Source: Promethearchaeota archaeon
GTDB lineage: Archaea > Asgardarchaeota > Lokiarchaeia > Sigyniarchaeales > SOKP01
Length of the DNA stretch: 59,554 nt
Assembly (NCBI GenBank): GCA_019894885.1
Contig: JAGXNP010000002.1
Location: 1-59,554 of the forward strand
Reading direction: 5' to 3'
This document shows positions 54,103 through 59,554 of the stretch, in pieces. The notes beneath the pieces were generated by a model. That model searched no databases. It was not told the origin of the DNA and saw only the letters and a program-made list of their open reading frames with translations. Position 1 is the first letter of the stretch. Every line of letters starts with the position of its first letter. The position numbers were made by a program, and so were the translations under genes.

Positions 54103-54705
54103 TCACAGATCTTCAATATCTTCAAAATTTATGTTATAAACCTTCCCTTCCAGAGTAGTTTCTATCCAATTTGATAACCAAGGGCAATGTAATGGATTAT
54201 AACGATCAAGGTTAGTACTATTACATTTATTCGCAAAAGGACAGATTAAACATGGTTGGCGTGAAAAAACATCTAAAATGAAATCGGCTTTATTCCTATC
54301 AATTTTCCGATCTTTAATTTCTACATCATAAGATTCATTTATGGTTATGTGTTTTGTCCACGAGGCCTCCATTAACTCTCGATTTACTTTTATTTTTGAT
54401 TGTAGTGATAAGGTATTTAGAATTCTATCGAGATCGATTCGTTCCTTCTTTGTTATCTCTATTAGTTCCTCAAAATAAATATCCTTTTCTCGTGAGATAA
54501 TATTGAGAACTATTCGTTCATCCTTTTTTAAACCACGAGCCTCTTCTCTTTTCCTTTCCTCTATCCTTTCCAATCTTCGTTCAGATTCAGATGTTCCTTC
54601 TTCTTCCGTACCTTCGACTCTCTCCTTTACTTTACACTTATGTCGGCTAAGATACGCAAAACTGTTTCCACAATACGGACATACTTCTTTCTTTTTTTTT
54701 GCCAT
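54103..54705 (-). CDS. TFE-beta / RPC34(RPC39)-like winged-helix plus Cys-cluster protein with N-terminal zinc ribbon (tentative)
   Basis: 200 aa. CPYCGNSFAYLSRHKC, acidic linker, wHTH-like VLNIISREKDIYFEELIEIT...LSLQSKIKV. C-terminal QPCLICPFANKCNSTNLDRYNPLHCPWLSNW resembles the FeS-binding C-x2-C-P...C...P-x2-C-x-W/Y...W tail of RPC34/TFE-beta. Confidence 0.45.
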   Translation of the reverse strand: MAKKKKEVCPYCGNSFAYLSRHKCKVKERVEGTEEEGTSESERRLERIEERKREEARGLKKDERIVLNIISREKDIYFEELIEITKKERIDLDRILNTLSLQSKIKVNRELMEASWTKHITINESYDVEIKDRKIDRNKADFILDVFSRQPCLICPFANKCNSTNLDRYNPLHCPWLSNWIETTLEGKVYNINFEDIEDL

Positions 54706-54888
54706 TTTTAGAGGACGAAAAAATTATTATCTAATTATATAAAAACAAATGTTAAAATTAATATAATTAATAGTCAATATTTAATCAAAAATTAATTTTA
54801 CGATTTATTCTATCATCAATAAAAATAAGTATTACCTAATTAAGTTTTTATTGTTTATTTAGAGATTCGAAATAATTATTAGCTGAGA

Positions 54889-55686
54889 ATGTTAAGAGAC
54901 CGACTTATTATGGGGGAAATATTTGAATTTAATATAATCGATAAGAAAAAAATCATTAGTAAAATTGAAAGAACAAAACATGAAAAAACTATAATTTCAA
55001 CTGGTTCCAAGAATTTTAATAAAATAATTGGTGGTGGCTTCTTTTCAGGTAAAGCATATGTAGTTTTTGGAGCTAACAAAACAGGGAAAACTCAGATATG
55101 TCATCAATTATCAGTACAGGTTTTTGAAAAATCCTTTAAAGTTGTTTATTTAGATACAGAAAACACCTTCCGTCCCGAAAGAGTTCGACAGTTAGCAGAA
55201 TCCAACAAATACAACAGTGAAAAGGCATTAAAGAATATTTACGTGTCAAAAATTATGAGTAACAATGCTCTTTTATTAAAACTTAATGAATTGGATTTAA
55301 TAATAAAATCCAATAACATAAAACTATTAATAATCGACTCTATTAATAACTTTTTCAGAATTGAGCGTAGCGATAACAAAATATCCTTCTTAAAAGCAAA
55401 AACCACATACCTTAAAATTTTAGAAAAGGTAAACAATTTAACTCAGCGGTTTCAATTAATTACAATTTTAACAGCTCAAGTAGCTCCAAATTTTATTGAA
55501 GAAGCGGTTGTTAAAGAGTTTCCTGTTGGAATACAATATTTAAATCACTTTTTCTCGGAAGTATTATATTTAAGCTATAAGGAAAAGGATATGATTTATA
55601 TTCATCTCGTAAATTCTCAATTTCTTCCTGAGAAAAAAGTAATATATACTATTACTAAACGGGGAATAGAAGATTATAAAGTGTAA
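54889..55686 (+). CDS. RadA/RadB-family recombinase paralogue (second copy)
   Basis: 265 aa. ISTGSKNFNKIIGGGF, Walker A GANKTGKTQICHQLS, Walker B LLIIDSINNFFR, C-terminal ITKRGIED (as in the RadB tail). No HhH N-domain. Confidence 0.7.
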   Translation: MLRDRLIMGEIFEFNIIDKKKIISKIERTKHEKTIISTGSKNFNKIIGGGFFSGKAYVVFGANKTGKTQICHQLSVQVFEKSFKVVYLDTENTFRPERVRQLAESNKYNSEKALKNIYVSKIMSNNALLLKLNELDLIIKSNNIKLLIIDSINNFFRIERSDNKISFLKAKTTYLKILEKVNNLTQRFQLITILTAQVAPNFIEEAVVKEFPVGIQYLNHFFSEVLYLSYKEKDMIYIHLVNSQFLPEKKVIYTITKRGIEDYKV

Positions 55687-55690
55687 TTTC

Positions 55691-56521
55691 TTAAAATCTT
55701 TCTTTAAATGCTTCAAGTGTCAAATAATTAAATTTATCTGAAATTTTTTTGGTGTTAATTAAATATAACGGTATTTTTATTTTAGGTATTAACCACTCGA
55801 TTATCTGCAATGCATATTGTAATTTTTTTAACTTAATTGGATCAGCTAAATAATTCTTTTCATTATTTGGTTTACTATATTTTCCCACAATATCGTTGAA
55901 ATCCATACCTATTAAATATAGTTCTTGTTGAGGTAATAAAAAAGATACTATAAAAGTTAAAATCCTATCTCCATCTGTAAAGCCCCCGGGATTAATTAGA
56001 TATTGAGTTGATTCTGCTTGTGTTGTCCCGATTATTTTTGTGAAGTTAATAATTGTGTTTTTAAAATGCTCTAAAAGAATAATATTGTCTCCATGTGCAT
56101 GGACGATCACATATTTCGCCTTGAGGAAATCTCTTTTAGTGATACCATCTAAATCAGTTATAATACCATCAATCGGTATGATTCTCTCATTCAACAATTG
56201 AGCAGCTCCATCAGCAGCTAAATTCACACAGTTATTAAAAAAGTTTTTTCCTAAATTACTTAGTATAAAATCAACTGATTCTTCTAATGAAGGACCACAA
56301 CCAAAAACACAGATATGTTCTTTTTTTTGGAAATTTTCTTTAAAAGAAAGCAAAATCTCCTCAAGGTTATACGAGTAGTGTTTTTTTTCTATAATACGAG
56401 ATAATATATCTCTTGCTTCTCGATCTTTTTGAAGATCAAAATTAAAATCATTTATTATCTTACGATACCACGCTCTAAATTCAATATGAGATTCAATTTG
56501 AGTCTTAAGTGAATTTTTCAT
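55691..56521 (-). CDS. mptE: 6-hydroxymethyl-7,8-dihydropterin pyrophosphokinase, archaeal MptE type (DUF115)
   Basis: 276 aa. VFGCGPSL, GIITDLDG and VHAHGDN motifs of the MptE/DUF115 family. Confidence 0.7.
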   Translation of the reverse strand: MKNSLKTQIESHIEFRAWYRKIINDFNFDLQKDREARDILSRIIEKKHYSYNLEEILLSFKENFQKKEHICVFGCGPSLEESVDFILSNLGKNFFNNCVNLAADGAAQLLNERIIPIDGIITDLDGITKRDFLKAKYVIVHAHGDNIILLEHFKNTIINFTKIIGTTQAESTQYLINPGGFTDGDRILTFIVSFLLPQQELYLIGMDFNDIVGKYSKPNNEKNYLADPIKLKKLQYALQIIEWLIPKIKIPLYLINTKKISDKFNYLTLEAFKERF

Positions 56522-56655
56522 ATATATCGTTATTTACTTTTAAAAAATATATCTCAATAAATAAATTTTAAATCTATGATATAATTAACTTTATCATATC
56601 ATTAAATTCAATATTATATAAAATATTAAAATTATAACAAAGAGTTGTAAAAAGT

Positions 56656-57057
56656 ATGGCAATTTGGTATACTAAAACCCATCAATGGTATAATGATGAA
56701 ACTGGTGAAGTAGGAATTACTCCTTATGCCGCTGAGCAATTAGGAGAAATTTCGTTTGTGGATGTAGATGCCCTTAAGGGTGCTGAACTTTCTCAAGTAA
56801 AAATGGATGGAAACGAACCTTCCTCAGATCCAATAGACGCTACAGTGGAATCAAGCAAAGCAGTTGGAGATGTTTATTGTCCTGTATCAGGCACAGTTAG
56901 CGCTGTAAATAGCGATTTAATGGATGAACCTGAAAAAATTAACGAAAATGCGCTTACTGCTTGGTTATTTAAGATTGGTGCTTCCAATTGGGATGCCGAG
57001 AAAGGTAATTTATTGGATGAAGCCGCTTATAATTCCTTTATTGCATCCCTCGGTTAA
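56656..57057 (+). CDS. gcvH: Glycine cleavage system H protein (lipoyl carrier)
   Basis: 133 aa. HQW...GITPYAAEQLGEISFVD and the lipoyl-lysine region VESSKAVGDVYCPVSG. Confidence 0.85.
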   Translation: MAIWYTKTHQWYNDETGEVGITPYAAEQLGEISFVDVDALKGAELSQVKMDGNEPSSDPIDATVESSKAVGDVYCPVSGTVSAVNSDLMDEPEKINENALTAWLFKIGASNWDAEKGNLLDEAAYNSFIASLG

Positions 57058-57091
57058 ATCATATTTTAAAACTCAAGAGAAATTTAACTAA

Positions 57092-57105
57092 TTTTTATTT
57101 TTTTT
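57092..57105 (+). terminator. T5-A-T8 tract after gcvH
   Basis: aTTTTTaTTTTTTTTc lies ~35 nt after the stop, in a convergent intergenic region. Confidence 0.35.
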
Positions 57106-57254
57106 CTTTACCTTAATAGAAGCGAGGAATTCTCAATTTTTCAAAAGTTTAGAATTTTAATAAGACAACTATTCTTGCCACAAATTCTTTGTTAATCCAA
57201 ATTCTCGCAACTAGGATAAATCGAAATATTGTGCAACATGTAAATTTGATTTAA

Positions 57255-57782
57255 TTACACATTAAATAATTTATTACCTAGTTTAATCGATATCATTGCC
57301 TGTAATGTAAAAAAGGAAGCCAATATTAGAAGAATACCTACAACTAAATATCTAACTGCTACACTCTTATTATATACGAATTTAGATGCTTGGTATAATA
57401 AAATAAAGCCAATAGAACACATAAAAATAAAAATAGAAGCAACTACACCTTCAATTATGAATGACTCGTTTATATCAGGATATAGAAATCGGGGACTACC
57501 ATCTTGATAAGAACCCAAAGCAGGAACTTCTCTAAATACTAGATAAACTATTCCAGTCTGCAAAAGGAACAGAATAATGTAAACTCCTATTACAGCTATT
57601 GATTTACCTGGAAGAGGAATTCCCATTCTGGGTTTTTTTATATCTGGAAACAAAATTTTTGGTTTTCTGAAAGTGTTGCCAAAAATCCATGGTGTTCTAC
57701 TTTTAATTTTTTCAAATACAGTCTCCGAGCCTAATACTTCATCTTTAGCTGCTTTTACTTTATTTCTTCTTTCCTCTTGCAT
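57255..57782 (-). CDS. Small 3-TM membrane protein, possible OST3/OST6 (TUSC3/MagT1) membrane-domain homologue
   Basis: 175 aa. Charged N-terminus, 3 TM. FLYPDINESFIIEGVVASIFIFMCSIGFILL resembles TUSC3 [31 protein letters not shown], with similar spacing of the flanking TMs. No thioredoxin domain. Confidence 0.35.
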   Translation of the reverse strand: MQEERRNKVKAAKDEVLGSETVFEKIKSRTPWIFGNTFRKPKILFPDIKKPRMGIPLPGKSIAVIGVYIILFLLQTGIVYLVFREVPALGSYQDGSPRFLYPDINESFIIEGVVASIFIFMCSIGFILLYQASKFVYNKSVAVRYLVVGILLILASFFTLQAMISIKLGNKLFNV

Positions 57783-57867
57783 AGTAATCTCGAAATTTAT
57801 TTACTTTGATTTATAAATTTTTTTTAAATTAAAATTTTGTTAAAAAAGAAGTTGTTATTCAAGATAT

Positions 57868-59382
57868 CTAGTTTAAATTCTGGAGTAATGCAATTAAAAA
57901 TTTCCAAATTTTCGCAACGCTTTTTATTTTAAGTCGTTCGTCAGGAGAATGCCCACCAAGTACATTTGGTCCTAATGATATCATCTCCATATCTGGATAA
58001 TAATAACTATAAAAGGCACATTCCAATCCGGCATGAATCGCTTGGATAATCACATCTTTATCAAAAAGATTTTTATATACGTGTTTAGATATTTCAGTTA
58101 GCTTTGAGTTAAAGTTTGGTGGCCAACTTGGATAAATAGTAACTATCTTAATGATTATATCTAACCCAGACATTTTTAAGAGGATCTTTAGCTTCTCAAA
58201 TAAAGTATCTTTATCATATTGTTCTAAACTTCTTGTGCTAACTTTGAATTCGATTATGTTTTCTAATGTGTGCACCACTGCAAAATTCAGTGATGTATGA
58301 ACTAATCCTTCACTTGTAGGGTGTAATGAAATAGGTCCATTTGGTAATAAATAAAAGAGATCAAATAATATATTTTGGAAATCCTTTGAAAATGTTGTTT
58401 TATCAGTAAAATCTCTCACTAGATCTATTGATATTACTAAGTTTGAATCTGTTCCTTCATAAAGATTTTTAATGTTAGGGATTATTTCGTTTAAGAATGC
58501 TTCAAGTTCATTCTTTTGGCTCTGTTCAATAAAGAAAATAACATGGGCTTCCCTAGGGATCGCATTAGTTAAGTTTCCTCCCTCTAGAGAATTAACTAAA
58601 ATATTAAATTTCGAATTTATTTTCCAAATGATTTCAGTTAATATTTTTAAAGCGTTCCCTCTTTTTTTGTTAATATCTCCCCCTGAATGACCACCAAGTA
58701 GTCCAGAAATGGAGATTTTTATCGCTTTCAAATTCTGGTTGCTTAATAATTCTCTCTCGTAACTTACTTCAACTTTAAAGACCCTTCCTCCAGCACACCC
58801 AATGGTGAATCTGTCATCTTCTTCTGAATCAAGGTTTAACAAATATTTTCCACTTATTAAATTTTTATCCATTTGGCTCGCACCAGAAAGTCCTCTCTCC
58901 TCATCAACTGTAAATAATAAATCTAGATTAAGGGTATCAAAATCTAGGCTTCCATCATGTATTTTTTTCATAATCGCAAGCTGATATGCGATCCCAACAC
59001 CATTATCTGCACCCAATGTCGTTCCTTCAGCAGTTAACCATCTCTCGTTTTCAATTTCAATCGTTTTTAATTTTAAGGGATCTTTTGAGAAATCGTGCTG
59101 TATATTTTCATTTTTTTCACATACCATATCCATGTGGCTTTGTAGTACGACTCCTAATTTATTACCTTCAGAGTCTCTGTTTGAAGGAATTCGTACAACT
59201 AAATTTTTTATTTTATCAACTTCAGTTTGAAACCCCAATTTCTCTGCTTCATTTTTAATATATTCTCTTATCTTATCTTCATATGTCGAACATCGAGGAA
59301 TTCTCGTAATTTCGTAAAAATATTGCCAAAATTCTGAAGGTTCGCCAAAATCTTTTAAATTTTCTATAATTATCGCTTCCAA
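57868..59382 (-). CDS. pepD: Aminoacyl-histidine dipeptidase PepD (M20C)
   Basis: 504 aa. FWQYFYEITRIPRCS, QSHMDMV, GADNGVGIA and DEERGLSGA motifs. Only a TTG start is available upstream of the conserved N-terminus. Confidence 0.85.
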   Translation of the reverse strand: MEAIIIENLKDFGEPSEFWQYFYEITRIPRCSTYEDKIREYIKNEAEKLGFQTEVDKIKNLVVRIPSNRDSEGNKLGVVLQSHMDMVCEKNENIQHDFSKDPLKLKTIEIENERWLTAEGTTLGADNGVGIAYQLAIMKKIHDGSLDFDTLNLDLLFTVDEERGLSGASQMDKNLISGKYLLNLDSEEDDRFTIGCAGGRVFKVEVSYERELLSNQNLKAIKISISGLLGGHSGGDINKKRGNALKILTEIIWKINSKFNILVNSLEGGNLTNAIPREAHVIFFIEQSQKNELEAFLNEIIPNIKNLYEGTDSNLVISIDLVRDFTDKTTFSKDFQNILFDLFYLLPNGPISLHPTSEGLVHTSLNFAVVHTLENIIEFKVSTRSLEQYDKDTLFEKLKILLKMSGLDIIIKIVTIYPSWPPNFNSKLTEISKHVYKNLFDKDVIIQAIHAGLECAFYSYYYPDMEMISLGPNVLGGHSPDERLKIKSVAKIWKFLIALLQNLN

Positions 59383-59466
59383 TGCAAATATAAATATGAA
59401 TTATTTTTTATTAGTTATACAAAATAATATTTAATTCCTTATAACAATTGTATTAGAGGTTATAAA

Positions 59467-59554
59467 ATGAGCAGTTGGAAAGATTTATATTCAGAAGTTA
59501 AGCGGCGTAAAATGGAAGCACTTGATAAAAAAGATGTCGTACAAGCGGTTGAGA
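59467..59554 (+). CDS. 5' end of an unidentified ORF running off the window
   Basis: ATG at 59467, then MSSWKDLYSEVKRRKMEALDKKDVVQAVE... stays open to the window end. Too short to assign. Confidence 0.25.
   Translation, partial: MSSWKDLYSEVKRRKMEALDKKDVVQAVE

Noticed and set aside
1-59554. CRISPR arrays, IS elements, integrases, prophage or toxin-antitoxin/defence cassettes
   Set aside because: I found no regularly spaced direct repeats, no transposase/integrase/recombinase-like ORFs, and no terminal inverted repeats flanking ORFs. The tRNA-Gln gene is not followed by an integrase or a duplicated tRNA 3' half.
1-59554. C/D-box or H/ACA small RNAs in intergenic spacers
   Set aside because: I scanned intergenic regions on both strands for RUGAUGA...CUGA pairs. 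The TGATGA occurrences I found are inside coding sequences, and near-matches at 21941-21955 and 46540-46600 lack a correctly spaced D box.

Overview
AT-rich (about 30% GC by eye), densely coding chromosomal segment of an archaeon, most likely an Asgard (Loki/Promethearchaeia-like) lineage. I call about 57 protein genes, one frameshifted gene and one intron-containing tRNA. I found no rRNA, CRISPR array, transposase/integrase or prophage signature. Archaeal markers include an archaeal/eukaryal-type LeuRS, type-2 MetAP, Trm1, two RadB-like ATPases, Sec61beta, a TFE-beta/RPC34-like factor and a tRNA-Gln with a bulge-helix-bulge intron in the T-loop. Several eukaryote-signature-type proteins sit among them: a single-domain gelsolin-like protein (13956-14558); an SD-coupled pair of V4R/TRAPP-Bet3-like proteins (15463-17441); an orphan Roadblock/LC7 protein; a possible tandem longin-like protein; and a ribophorin-I homologue head-to-head with Sec61beta inside a glycosylation neighbourhood (GT4, DUF354, LbH acetyltransferase, ALG7/AglH-like GlcNAc-1-P transferase, DPPR-synthase-like UbiA enzyme). 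There is also a candidate OST3/6-like membrane protein and a Trm112 with a eukaryote-style inserted domain. Metabolic highlights are a minus-strand cofactor operon with two radical-SAM genes translationally coupled to lplA (candidate LipS1/LipS2-type lipoyl synthase), followed by an FbiB-type CofE-nitroreductase fusion and CofD. TPI is bacterial/eukaryotic-type and FBPase is class I. An Opp/Dpp ABC operon is interrupted by two extremely AT-rich ORFans. The best candidates for an undescribed system are the gelsolin / V4R-pair / 7-TM locus (13.9-18.2 kb) and the Sec61beta-ribophorin-I-centred, OST-like glycosylation module (23-34.6 kb, plus 57.3 kb). All functional calls rest on motif recognition by eye, with no database searches run.
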